A stretch of 63,892 bases of DNA, the filler included, from Dirinaria sp. TL-2023a (taxonomy: Eukaryota): the NCBI GenBank assembly GCA_051941275.1. It is 28 parts of 28 records of this genome, joined end to end, with 100 filler letters (N's around TTAATTAATTAA, not from the genome) between each part and the next. Parts side by side here need not be neighbours in the genome. Positions count along the whole stretch, not along the records: positions 23,049 to 25,244 come from JAVEBF010002359.1; positions 25,345 to 27,539 come from JAVEBF010002360.1; positions 27,640 to 29,833 come from JAVEBF010002361.1; positions 29,934 to 32,126 come from JAVEBF010002362.1; positions 32,227 to 34,417 come from JAVEBF010002363.1; positions 34,518 to 36,703 come from JAVEBF010002364.1; 22 more parts are not named here. The stretch is one strand, 5' to 3'. A program made the position numbers and the translations under genes. Shown here in pieces: positions 24,477-36,667 of the stretch (its first letter is position 1; the number at the start of each line of letters is the position of its first letter). Below the pieces are notes generated by a model, which saw nothing but the letters and a program-made list of their open reading frames with translations, did no database searches and was not told the DNA's origin.

Positions 24477-25344
24477 ATTATTGGCGGGAAGGTAAATGGT
24501 ATTGCAGCAAATGCGACTGTATGGATAGGAATTCCTAGGTAAAGACACTATCATACAGAGCGGAATATGTAGCTTTTGTTGTAGATATAATCCTTGTCAG
24601 GGGCTCAGCTGGCAACCAGAACCAAGTTTCAATCACGCCTTGCGTGGCAACGTTGACGGTCTTGGCAAGTCTGGCAGCGGCCAATCACTGTAAGATTTGT
24701 TCACTTTCTACAATGGGTGGTGGAGAATCTGAGGCGTGGAACTAACCGGACCTGCGGTGGAGGGTGAAGGTAAAAATCATTCGCACAATTAGCGCTCGGG
24801 TACAGCCTCCATCTCTATTTTGCCACCACTTAGGCACCGTCTCTGTCGTATTACTTGCAAAGGCGCATTCGCAATCATGTGGACACTTTGGTTGGTGGGA
24901 TGGTAGATAAGCAGCTAAATAAATGAAGACCAATAGCGGAGCCAAGCGTGACGGTAATTTCCGGCTTGGGTTATCGGACTGATCTCTTAAAAAGAGTTAA
25001 ACAAGTTAGAGTGCACTTGATCTTCTATGTAGCTAACAAAAATAAATTATTCGATTTAAAAGTTAACCCGCTACGATATATCATAATAAATATATGTCGT
25101 TGTCCATCAGGCCAAAAGTAATTCTTAGACGATTCAACAGGCTTTTTAAAACAGACACTTGCTTGAGGCACGATTATCAAAATGTCTGGCGTTACGGAGG
25201 CCCCAAATGTACGTCGCCACCTTAAGTTCGCTTGAATTGGAGAGNNNNNNNNNNNNNNNNNNNNNNNNNNNNNNNNNNNNNNNNNNNNTTAATTAATTAA
25301 NNNNNNNNNNNNNNNNNNNNNNNNNNNNNNNNNNNNNNNNNNNN

Positions 25345-25686
25345 TGACGATTCTCTTCTTTCAGATCTCGCAATCGTTGTTGATTTCGTAACAGCTGATT
25401 TTAAGATTTCAAGTCGTGAATGCGTTGAGCGAGCTCATCTCGTAAGATATTTGAGCTGTTGTTTGACTCAGCGTCGTTTGATAAAGTCGCGACGACGAAG
25501 AGCGAGCGATCGCTCGAAACGACTTCAAAATCGTTTTTCGATTGTTGAGACTCTGACATTTCACGCGAGAACGTCATCATTATTACACTTCGAGTCTTTC
25601 TCTTAAAAAGATTGAAGTGATTAGAACTGTAAGATCGTATGCGTCGATTATTCGTCGACGCAGTATTTATGTGAAAGACGTGACAG
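25345..25686. mobile_element. Hypermutated sequence next to LTR A, probably the element interior
   Basis: CC/GG-depleted sequence ending in purine-rich GTGAAAGACGTGACAG directly before TGTAA. Confidence 0.45.
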
Positions 25687-26040
25687 TGTAATAAATTATA
25701 TGACTATCTGATACTGTATTTTCTGCTAAAACTAATCACTAAGAACTTTTCTTCGAAAGAGTGAGTGATTCTCTATACTTAATCGCGAGCGTCAACATTG
25801 TCTCATCATGACGAGCTTCGCGCTGACGGGTCACGAGCGCTCGTAGACACAATGCTCTATAAGCGTCAACTGCTCACTGACTTCTAGTTAGTCTCGAGAT
25901 TCAATCTTCCGACGCTGACTTCTAGACGACGCTAGCCATGCTTCAGACCCCGAAGGATTGCCTCTAAGCACCCCCGGCTGCCAAGCGGCGCTAGCCTGCA
26001 TTGGTCAATATATACCAATGTATCAGGTATCACTGTTACA
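25687..26040 (+). mobile_element. Full LTR of family A (~354 bp)
   Basis: Termini TGTAA...TTACA. The last ~120 bp match 11552..11673. Confidence 0.72.
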
Positions 26041-26957
26041 AATTTTACTCGAAACGAATTTAACGTTTTTTGAATAAGAAACGAAATCTCTCCGTGGTGC
26101 TGACTACGAACCTACTGGTATTGCTTGCAATACTCAACAGAGTCAAATGTTCTAGCATCGTCGTCGTCACGATGCGATCGTCGCAGCAATTCAGTCTTTC
26201 TCCCGATCGACAACGATAATACAAAACAACACGCATCACCAATTCATCTGTATTCTTCGAAGAGAGGGCACGCAATTTCAACATTATAACTATCTCCTTC
26301 CCCCTCTTCGTACGCGTTCGTTGCTGTCGTCGCAGTCGCCTCCCTGTCACGATCGCAAGGAACACGTTTTGAGATACCGCGTACTAGCCGCGAAGTGCTG
26401 TGCGTGGATTTAGGAGCGCTGGGAATGGGTTATACACGCGTACATCGCACAGGGAAGTGTGCGTGAATGTACAGATAAGAGTTGAGATTGAGTTTGGGCA
26501 TTGGAACATAGGGACATACACTCGGTTATTACGCTTTAAGAGGCGATCTTCGTATGACTACGGTCTACAAAGAATGACCTCGCGTGATGAGACACGAGGT
26601 CATTTGGAGCTCTCGTCGGCGTGCTTTACATGACTACGATCTATAAGAGGTGACCCGAAGCCGCTGCTAGCTCTTGACGTGCATAAATCTCAGGAAGACT
26701 GAGTCAATTGCTGAACGTGATTGCAATATTCGTTCGAATATCGCATTTCACATATGAAGAATTCCCAGCGTGAGATGGCAAATCAACACGATTTTTACAA
26801 AGTATTGCATTCTATGATAGAGCTTCCTAGTATATGGCGGTTTAAAAAGGTGTATTCTAGAGCGATGATTAGTACTGCAACTATCACGTGGGTAGTTAGT
26901 CTGGCATTATATATAGGTCTCGCATGGGCCCTTAAATGGGTGTCAAGTCGAGTATGA

Positions 26958-26988
<31 letters not shown>

Positions 26989-27000
26989 CGAAATCTCTCA

Positions 27001-27346
27001 ATGTTGAGTAATTTTACTCGACATTTATCGAACGATTTTTAAACAAATTCGAATCTGTTAAAATCGAATAAATATACTCGACACGTCATCAATGAATTAT
27101 ATTTTTAAATAAAATGAGTGAGAGTTGATCATGAGCATGAGAGCAAATGAGAGCTGAGTAAATTTGCTCGACATGTGAGAGTCGAGTAATTTTACTCGAC
27201 GCAGTTTTGAGAGCAGAGTAATGAGTAAAATAATCATTTGAAAACTCTGAAAGATGACATAAATGTCAAATAAGAGTGTTGAAAATTTTATATGCTGATT
27301 TTCATATCACGTGTCGAGCAATTTTACTCGACACGTGATCGACTCT
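27001..27346. repeat. Cluster of palindromic GTCGAGTAATTTTACTCGAC-like motifs, probably the end of a DNA transposon or MITE
   Basis: Copies near 27001, 27062, 27156, 27181 and 27306-27339; half-site at 26041. Confidence 0.6.
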
Positions 27347-27639
27347 TTGTATATTATAGATGAGTCGCTCCCCCAGCTTCTAGATAATAATTATGCGTTC
27401 TATCGTTTAATCTTGTCAAAATGTTGAAAATGTAAATAACAGTGACGATAATTTGTATTTATATATTTTGATATTTGTTTTGTTGCAATTTTTTAATCGA
27501 TTTATTTCGATTTGAATCACATTTCGATACATGTGCGAGNNNNNNNNNNNNNNNNNNNNNNNNNNNNNNNNNNNNNNNNNNNNTTAATTAATTAANNNNN
27601 NNNNNNNNNNNNNNNNNNNNNNNNNNNNNNNNNNNNNNN

Positions 27640-28254
27640 ATCCGCCTGCGATTGCTGCATAGGATTTAACCGTTTATCCCATGCCATCGCTCCCACATCA
27701 TCCCCGTATTTCTCCACCAGCCTCTCGATCCATTCCTGTTCCCGCTGGCTCTGCTTCCTCGGCTTCTTCCTCCTCTTCACATCTGCGAGCTCGGCTGCCG
27801 CGGCTGCTTCGAGCGCGTGTATTACGCCCTCGTTCCCATGATTGTGGATATTCACATTCTCGGTTTCGAGGGCCATTAAGGGATCATTGAGAGGATTAGA
27901 AATTTTCTCGTCATGGATGACCCGGGAGATGTTTCCCTTCTCGTCCCTGACCACCTTCGCGGTTTTTAAACTCGTCTCTGCAGGCCTTTTCACGCCCACT
28001 GCTAACGGGTCGTGCGTCTGTGAACTCGTTCCTTCCCCCTGATTGGCCTTGGAACCGGGTTCCGTGCCTCCGCTGCGTGCATTGATTTTGCTGGCTAGTC
28101 CGAGCTTGCGGTAGTTTTGAGACAGTGTGAGATGCTTGTCCCAGTGTGCGGCGATTATGGGCGACGCTTTGATGGGGAGGCGTTTGGATTTTGGTTTTTG
28201 GGTGGCGCGCGGGATGGATGAGCGGTTCTTCTTCTTCTGGAGCATGCGCCCCAT
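27640..28254 (-). CDS. NOP16: Ribosome biogenesis protein Nop16, 3'-truncated
   Basis: MGRMLQKKKNRSS, HWDKHLTLSQNYRKLGL and WIERLVEKYGDDVGAMAWDKRLNPMQQS. Confidence 0.93.
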
Positions 28255-28493
28255 TGTAGGATGTTGTGAAGGTCTTTGGTTGGAAGGATGGGGGGTTTAT
28301 TGGAGGTGCTTTTTTGATAGCAGGATTTCGGCTGGCACGAGCCGCATAGGCTGTGGCTTGCGAGCTTGCCCAGGGGTTAAGCTTTGTAGGGCTGCATATC
28401 TCCGAGACGGCAGCTTCAGCCCCTGAATCGCGCTCACGTGTGCTCCAAATCTGATAATCGTGAATTGCGTTGACCATCATCGCAAAGACGACG

Positions 28494-29833
28494 ATGACAT
28501 ACTCTTACTCCTCTCTGCGGTTCGCACTACTTTCAATTCTCGCCTTCTCAATAGTTCTGATATATAATGTCGCCGCGGAATCTTCCAGTAGCCAATCAGT
28601 GGCTCACATGAGCAGCAGCGAAATTGAAGATGCCCTACATGTAAGCTCGTCTTAAGATTCCTGACTCGATTGTCTGTTAACCATTCAAGGAATGTCCTCT
28701 CGTCCAGAACCTCGATAGGCACCTAGCTAGCTCCAACCCTCCAACATCCTCTCTCGCTTCACAACTCTTCGCGATCATCTTCCCTGCCAGTCCCGCTGTC
28801 AATGCTCTCCTTGCAACTCTATACATTTCTGGACCACCAAGTACTGTGTATTTTTCCCGCTTATTACAAACCCAGTCTAACAAACGAAAGACTTTCTCCT
28901 CGCACTATGCCCTCCAAATATCGACCCTTCGTCCCTCAGCATCATGGTCGCCTTCGCCGTCGGCGGCTTGCTGGGCGACACACTTTTCCACCTACTACCC
29001 GAGATCTTCCTGGGAGAAGCCGAGGCCGACCATGCTCGCTTTGTGCTTGTAAACCCGAACAAGAACCTCCTACTGGGTGTAGCCATCATGGTCGGCTTCC
29101 TCACATTTGTGGCAATGGATAAAGGGCTTCGGATCGCCACGGGAGGGGAAGGTGGACACGATCACAGCCATAACCACGAAAAGGCAGAATCGAACGTAAA
29201 GGGAAGCGCAACGACCAGCAGCGCCGCCCCTGAACCCGCCAAGGGGGAATTGAAATCGCGCAAATCCGCAACTGCAACAACCCCAGGTCCAGCATCAGCC
29301 GGAGATAAAACGCCCGAGCCAACGACCTCGATCCGGCTCTCCGCGTACCTCAACCTGATCGCCGACTTCACGCACAACATCACCGACGGCCTCGCGCTCT
29401 CCTCCTCCTTCTACGCCTCCCCCACCCTCGGCGCAACGACGACGATGGCGGTGTTCTTCCACGAGATCCCGCACGAGGTAGGTGACTTCGCGCTTCTCAT
29501 CCAATCAGGGTTCAGCAAGCGGATGGCGATGGGAGCGCAATTCATCACCGCTCTCGGCGCCTTGCTGGGGACCGTCCTCGGAATTGTGGTCCAGGAAATG
29601 GGCGCTTCTGGTTCAGCTACGGATGGAAGCGGGAATCCAGGGACCGCGACCGAAAAAGGACTGGCAGGCACGGGCCTTGGATGGGGCGATCTCTTGTTGC
29701 CCTTCACGGCCGGCACGTTCTTGTACGTGGGCACTGTAGCTGTCATCCCGGAGTTGCTGGAGACGGGCTCGGATAAAGCGGTTGAGGTGAGGAAGACGGC
29801 GATGCAGTTTCTGGCTATGGCTGTTGGGGCGGG
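28494..29833 (+). CDS. ZIP-family zinc transporter (Yke4/ZIP7-like), 3'-truncated; introns 28641..28689 and 28841..28890
   Basis: Signal-like N-terminus, TLYISGPP|NFLLALCP, FAVGGLLGDTLFHLLPE, HDHSHNH, ADFTHNITDG and FFHEIPHEVGDFA. Confidence 0.93.
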
Positions 29834-29933
29834 NNNNNNNNNNNNNNNNNNNNNNNNNNNNNNNNNNNNNNNNNNNNTTAATTAATTAANNNNNNNNNNN
29901 NNNNNNNNNNNNNNNNNNNNNNNNNNNNNNNNN

Positions 29934-31605
29934 GATACATTTCGACGAACTGTTTCGTGAACTTTTTTCTGAGATGCAACTGATCATAAAGATTTATCAG
30001 ATAAAAACGAGTGTAATTCAATAAATTGAGATTCAATGAATTAATCTCGTGAAATTCACATAGTCGATCGATTACAATCAACTAAATTAACGCATCTGCG
30101 TTGAATCAGTTTTGAGTTTTGTCAACAATTATGTAAGAATCATACATTTGAGAAATTTAAAAGTCTTTTGAGAGAGATCTTCGATGTTCACGAAAATTAC
30201 ACTGAAAACGAATGCTGTTTTCACTCAATAAATGTTTAAATCTCGTTGAAACTCGCGTTTCAATTGTTTGACTGTTCGAAATTCAATTAAATAGACTGAT
30301 TTGTCATTTCGCGTCATCGACATTCAAATTTGTCGAATCTTTTTTACAGTCTTGAGAACGATCATTTTTCACATCTTGTAACAGATCTGAACTCGTTTTC
30401 TCAGAGTTTTGTACGTCTCATGAGTTGTTTTGATTCTGAGCAACACTCGTCGTATCGACTCATTCAGCATTTCTCGAGAAAAATACGTTAAATAATAACG
30501 ACGAACTCACATGTTGAGTTTTAACACTGTTTGATTTTCGATTTTGACAAGATCATTGATATAACGAGCGTCGAATGATGATTTAAGCGACGAAAAATCG
30601 ATTTGAATATCATGCGTTTGAAATTGATTTTCTATTATGTTTGAGAACTCATGTTGACTGTTCTCATTACTCGTTCGACTCACTGTAATAAAGAAAACAC
30701 GTCGATTTCGTGATGTTTGAAGATTTGTATTCTCAAAATCTCTAACATTAGAAACGATCTTGTTTTTGTTTACGAGAGATTTGCTCGAAAGTTTTTTAAT
30801 CATGCTGTCGCTGATTTTTAATGCGAGATCTTGATCTCGCGATGATTCAGATTCAGCATTCTTGTTGATGCGAGAATTTAAAAATTGTAACTATGTTTTT
30901 TTGCGAGATTGAAACGCTTTGAAAATCTTTTTTGCATTCGAATTGAGCTCTGTGTTTTTTCGCGAATCGTTCTTTTCGAGAAACGTTTTTTCTCAACTCG
31001 AACGTTCTAACAATCTTTTCTGAAAAACGCTCTTTCTCATGTTCGTTATATCATGATCAGATTTATCGTTTTCGTACGTCTGATTTTTTTGAGATTTCAT
31101 TTTGAATTCATTCACTTTTGAGATCTCGTTATCAAAGTTTAAATATTGATTCTCATCTCGCGACTGAATTGTGTTGAACGTCGCGAAGATTTCATGCAAA
31201 ATATTCGACGTCATTGATTTCAAAAAGAATACGAAGATTTTAAAACGTTTCGTGATCTGCAAAAGATTAATTTGACTAAAAAACTTTTCAATGTTTTTTT
31301 ATTTGAACATTAAAAGACTGCGATGAATCTGAGTTCTCTGTTTGAGAACAATCATCGTTATCATCATTTATCGCTCGTTTTCGACGACGAGCGTCATGAG
31401 CGAAAACTGTTCTGATTAACTCGTCTCGTGAAGAATCGTGATCAATTGATTGTTCATAATAATCTGAAATCGAGCGAGCGTTTTTCTGAGAGAACGAACG
31501 AGACTGTTTTAAATTCTTAAATTGAGAATTTAAAATTCGAGAATTTTTTGACTGAGTATTATTGTCGAAAATGTTTTTTCGAGTCTGAGATTGACTTTCA
31601 GTCAT
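29934..31605 (-). pseudogene. Hypermutated unknown ORF of a multicopy element
   Basis: Successive minus-strand ORF pieces at 31288..31605, 30993..31262 and 30507..30803, each ending in TGA. CC/GG are almost absent. Confidence 0.5.
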
Positions 31606-31822
31606 ATTTTACACAAGTTTGCAAAAACGAAAAACAACGAGTGAGCGAGTTCAGATGCTGTCAAAATTGAGAGACGAAAAAAAATCTGCACTGCGATCGA
31701 GAACGAATTATTAATTATCTCATGTACATACGAATTTTATGATATTAGCATTTAAAGCTAAATCATATTTGTTTCAGCGAGATTGAGAGAGTGATACGAT
31801 TTTATCGTCTTGAAGTTACTTC

Positions 31823-32126
31823 ATTGTAAAGTAAACAAATGCTCAGCAACGTCGTGTGATCTATTTCTTTCGACATTAAACTTTCTGCTCACTGTATATC
31901 GATAACATAAGATAATTGAAAAATCAAATTTCTATCTCTAGTCAATGAGTTTTATAGAAAAATTACACTAGATTTAATTCGAAGTAAATTGATAAATATT
32001 ACTAGTAATCTCAGAATCTCACGATGTGTGTGAATTTCAAATGTTCTCAAATCTCAAAATTGTGAATCTGTGCAGTGAATTATGAATGTCTGATTTTCGC
32101 GTTCTTTTTAAAGTTCACTCATTTCT
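31823..32126. repeat. Dispersed repeat, reverse complement of 15345..15652 (copy without the TRIM)
   Basis: Direct alignment of the two segments. Confidence 0.9.
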
Positions 32127-33055
32127 NNNNNNNNNNNNNNNNNNNNNNNNNNNNNNNNNNNNNNNNNNNNTTAATTAATTAANNNNNNNNNNNNNNNNNN
32201 NNNNNNNNNNNNNNNNNNNNNNNNNNGTGTAGCTCCCTCCCGCTTCCTTCCCTAAGAGATGTACTTGAACCATTCTAAGGTGGATTATTTCCAACTCAAA
32301 CCTCCGTCGCCTAGCAGAACTCACAACGCATATATAAAGGGATGGAAAATTGCAATATAAATTTTAATTGCGATTAATTAAGTACATTCGGCCATAGGCA
32401 ACTGAAAAATGAGGATCCCGTCCGCTTTCCACCCATAACCAGTTGACCGGTCAATTAGTAGTTGGGTCGGTGACGACCAGCGAATCCTGGCTGCTGAATG
32501 TACAATTATCTTTTGCCTTTTTTTCCCTTTTTCCTTTTCCCCTTTTCATTTCCCCCACCCAACCTACATTTTCTGCTCAAGGGACGTGTAGCAGTACATA
32601 ATGACCAAGCTCTGAATTGAGAAATCGTATGTATATTCGGAATTTGATTCTTCAGCCTGGCGACTCCAGATCCTGAGGCAGGGATGAATGCGGGGCTTAC
32701 GTTTCTCATCTTTTCTTTCTCTGCACCGTAAAGTACCGGAGCATCGCCCACGTCCCTTAAAAGTATTGAAAGAGCGAGATTGTATGGCTTACCTTGGTTC
32801 TCAAGATAGGTAGGTACTTCACATATCCGTTCTCTTCCGCGTCTCAAAACTCAAATACATTTCAAGAACCTCTGAGTATATCTCCTTTAGCCTGACCACC
32901 CATTCTTTCCAAAATTACATATATTCAAGCTTGTTCATTTCAAAGACGAAAACAGCACTCCCTCAATGAGATCCACGTTCTAGCTGGCACTTTGATGTCA
33001 ATCCCACAATAAGTACCACATCAAACTATCTTAGTCAATCTATCCCACGGCATCG

Positions 33056-34147
33056 ATGTCTGAAAAACATTCCCTCGAATCTCTCATACGCCAATCGCCA
33101 CCTCTTGACACCAGCACTCCGATCAACGAGTCCTGGCTCAAAACCAAAACAATTCTGATCACAGGCGGAGCCTCCGGCTTTGGCGCCGGGTTTTTCAAAC
33201 GCTGGGCCGCAGCCGGCGCAACCGTCATAATCGGCGACATCAACCGTGCAAAAGGCGAATCACTGACCCAGGAACTCCGGACCGAAACCAAGAACCAAGC
33301 CCTACATTTCATCCACTGCGACGTGACATCCTGGGCGTCGCAGGTGAACCTGTTCAAACAAGCCACGAAACTCAGTCCGCACGGGGGGATCGACAGCGTG
33401 ATCGCCAACGCAGGCATCGCCTCCTCCACAAAACGATTCGAAGACCCCCCCAACCTAAGTACAGACGAGCCTCCGCCGCCGGATCTGCAGGTCCTGGACG
33501 TCAACCTCACGGGAGCCGTCTACACCACGCATTTGGCGCTATGGTACCTCCCCCGCAACCCAGGTTCCCTGCCCTGCGACCCGATCCGCGATCCCGCCAC
33601 CACGTCGCCGCGGGATAGGCATCTGCTGCTCATGAGCTCCGCGGCGGGTCTGATGCCCATCCCCGGGGAGGCCCTGTACGGCGCCTCGAAACACGCGCTC
33701 GTGGGCCTGTACCGCAGTCTACGTAGCAGCGCGTTCGTGCACGGGGTAAGGATTAACATGCTCTGTCCGTATTTCATCGATACGCCGCTGCTGCACGCGG
33801 GAGCGCGAGCGGTGCTGGCCGGGGGCACGATCGGGCAGTTGGAGGATGTGGTGCGCGCGGGCACGAGGTTGGTGGCTGATCCGAATGTGGTGGGCAGAGC
33901 GGCGTTTGTGGGGCCTAGGATGAGGGTTAGGCAGGATGATGGGGGGGAGTGGAGGGTTGTTAGGGAGGGTGAGGAGAAAGCCGTGTGGGAGATCTACGTG
34001 CATGATTTCGAGGATTCGGATCTGTTCATGAGGAAGCTTGTGGGCTTGCTGAATGCGGCGATGAAGTTGAGGGGATGGATTGGGTGGGGAACGGATCTGG
34101 TCGGGGCTGTTGGGTATGGGTTTCGGAGCTGGTTGAAGAAGGGTTGA
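33056..34147 (+). CDS. Short-chain dehydrogenase/reductase (15-hydroxyprostaglandin dehydrogenase-like)
   Basis: TGGASGFG, HCDVTSW, IANAGI and YGASK in a complete 363-aa ORF. Confidence 0.93.
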   Translation: MSEKHSLESLIRQSPPLDTSTPINESWLKTKTILITGGASGFGAGFFKRWAAAGATVIIGDINRAKGESLTQELRTETKNQALHFIHCDVTSWASQVNLFKQATKLSPHGGIDSVIANAGIASSTKRFEDPPNLSTDEPPPPDLQVLDVNLTGAVYTTHLALWYLPRNPGSLPCDPIRDPATTSPRDRHLLLMSSAAGLMPIPGEALYGASKHALVGLYRSLRSSAFVHGVRINMLCPYFIDTPLLHAGARAVLAGGTIGQLEDVVRAGTRLVADPNVVGRAAFVGPRMRVRQDDGGEWRVVREGEEKAVWEIYVHDFEDSDLFMRKLVGLLNAAMKLRGWIGWGTDLVGAVGYGFRSWLKKG

Positions 34148-34517
34148 TATTTCTACTTTCACATTCCCATCCTTTTGGGCAGTATTTGATAAAAAAAAAA
34201 AATCGACCACATATAGATATCCAGCACGAAATCTGAACGAAGATTAATAAGTCTACTCCACCTACTGAATCCAATTGTGTCCATTACTTCAAATTTTGTA
34301 GATTACTTCCCTCTCCAAAAAATAAAAAAACCGAAACACGAAACAATAATCCCCTAAAAAACCCAAGCGAAGCTTTCCCCTTTCTCTTCTCACGCAGCAA
34401 CCCACGCCCCTCCCCCANNNNNNNNNNNNNNNNNNNNNNNNNNNNNNNNNNNNNNNNNNNNTTAATTAATTAANNNNNNNNNNNNNNNNNNNNNNNNNNN
34501 NNNNNNNNNNNNNNNNN

Positions 34518-34886
34518 ACCTGGACCTCTTTTGTTCAGCTTTATATCTTTGCGGAAACCCACGGCGTACCTGGGCTTCAAAATGATATAATGGATCTTCT
34601 CTTCTCTTTTTTGGACATGGGATATCCCGTCGCATTCTCGTCGATCACAGATGTTTATAACGACTGCTCCAGCGGAAGTCGACTGAGAAAATTCGTCGTC
34701 AACATGTGTCTACAAGCGTCGCTGGGAGAGATGGGTTTGATCGACGAGAACGTACTGTCGCTGTGTCCGAAAGAGTGGCTTGCAGATGTCGTTGTGGCGC
34801 AAGATGAATTTATCGGCGAGGGGGTGACCAAAGCATTTAAGCTTAAACATAAGGATTATTATGTCAAGGTCGAAGAGAAGGAGTAG
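34518..34886 (+). CDS. C-terminal part of a fungal BTB/POZ-domain protein, 5'-truncated
   Basis: LFVQLYIFAETHGVPGLQNDIMD...VYNDCSSGSRLRKFVV pattern. Confidence 0.65.
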   Translation, partial: TWTSFVQLYIFAETHGVPGLQNDIMDLLFSFLDMGYPVAFSSITDVYNDCSSGSRLRKFVVNMCLQASLGEMGLIDENVLSLCPKEWLADVVVAQDEFIGEGVTKAFKLKHKDYYVKVEEKE

Positions 34887-36166
34887 TGAGGCGGATTTCT
34901 AGCGCGGCAGAGCTCAGTCATATTTCCTTCTTAAGCTCACCGGACATTGGAAGTTCAGGCTGGACATATCCGCAGCATGAAAGCGCGAGTATTTATGTGA
35001 CTATTCTCTCCAACCTGAACGGCCAACATGGAGCTTGAGATCGAGATAGCATTACTAGAATCCGCATGCACATATGAGATCGGGGACATTTTTTGACTTT
35101 CTTAACGCGTACGTCAGCATTGAACGCTGTTCGTTACTGACCATCTCGACAAGCGATGGGTGGAGAGCTGTCTATCCAGTTACTGATGATTCTCGCCAAG
35201 CCGCATCGCTAGGGAACATTAGAAACTGGGCAGTAAAAGAGATCCCTTTGCCCACCGGCCCACTATCTCTACCCAAATCTGCGCTCCAGAGCGTAGACGG
35301 AGCGAACCTAAAGACACGAAGGACCTGAAATGATGTATCGAAAGTTTCGCTAGGTTTCGAGTTATGGTGCGAAATCCAGCTATCGCTACTCCTCTGCGGC
35401 AGTATAAACTATACATCTCGATGTCGAGTAGACTCTCAGCTGCCAGCGGATCCTTCAGACGCCTTTCAATGCTCGTAATCCCCTTCGAAAAATAGCCTCT
35501 CTAAGAGCTAGCCATCAGGGATACCTAAGGCCGCGAGATGAGTCGACTACAAACCAAAAGCAACATGGATACTTACAGCCATAATGATACAGCACAACGA
35601 AACATAAGGACTCAAGCGCTCCCCTATCCTCGCGCATTTCCAGAAGATGCCGAAGACCCTATTTCCCCCCGCAAAACAAACGTCAGCTTGGCACTGATAC
35701 ACTTGATCAATGGCCCCAGAGACTAATTAAAAAAACATACCCATCCCGATTCCTATCCATGATGCCAGGGAAGACGTAGTGTGCATAGGCACTTGTACAT
35801 ATCAGGAGCAGCAGTGCCAGGAGCAGAGACTGGAAATTGAATAGAGCGGACTAAATATAGGCAAGCTATGTTAGCACCACTCACATACAAATAAAAAACC
35901 TCTCTTCTTTCTAGAACACAGGTTTCACAGTTCTGGAACCTACCATATTAAGTGCTTGACAACCTGCCAGCAATTCAGAAGCCAGATCCGGTCAAGGCCC
36001 CATGAATTGAGCGAGAAATTTAGTTAAGGACAGCATCCTTGGGTGAAGGACCACTAGGGTAGTATTTAAGCAGCAACCTTAGCCGCGTTAACCGCTTCTT
36101 CCTTCTTCCCTCGTATTTCTCCGAACTTAGCCGCCCGGAAAAACTTTAAACCATCCACTCACAGCC

Positions 36167-36667
36167 ATGGTTCCCCCCAAGAACTCGCTCGAGGGGCGCT
36201 TCTGCTTCCGCGCAAACTCCACAACAGCCGAGCAAGCTCAAGCATTTACTGGTTCCCCAGAGCCAGTCGCATCCTCGGAAATCACACCCGAGTCTTACAT
36301 CGCAGCCGCACTTACCGCCGCCATGCAGGGCTTTCAAGTCCCTACCCAGCAGGAATTTAATTTCGGTGGCAACCAATTCGCAGCTCTCGGACTGAACTTT
36401 ACTGGTGATGGTGATATCGCGGAGACCAATTTCGCGGAGACCAATTTGAACACCATCATCAATTTCGGTACCGATACCGGGACCTCTACCGATAATACTA
36501 CCGATTCCAATACCGATACCAAGACTAAGACCAAGGCCAAATCTAAGTCGAAGGCCAAGTCGAAGTCGAAGGCCAAGGCCAAGACGAACACCCCCCAGAT
36601 GGCCGAACCTCGCGCTCGCGCCGCGCGTGTGCCTGGTCAGCTCAATTTCGAAGAGGAGAGTGAGTAA
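36167..36667 (+). CDS. Hypothetical low-complexity protein (T/D- and K/S/A-rich), probably a first exon
   Basis: 166-aa ATG ORF with a KAKSKS repeat and a possible GTGAGT donor near 36660. Confidence 0.45.
   Translation: MVPPKNSLEGRFCFRANSTTAEQAQAFTGSPEPVASSEITPESYIAAALTAAMQGFQVPTQQEFNFGGNQFAALGLNFTGDGDIAETNFAETNLNTIINFGTDTGTSTDNTTDSNTDTKTKTKAKSKSKAKSKSKAKAKTNTPQMAEPRARAARVPGQLNFEEESE

Noticed and set aside
26060..26365. Possible BED zinc finger (YRCR...TTTMLEHL) of a hAT transposase
   Set aside because: The Cys/His spacing is not convincing and no DDE domain is visible.
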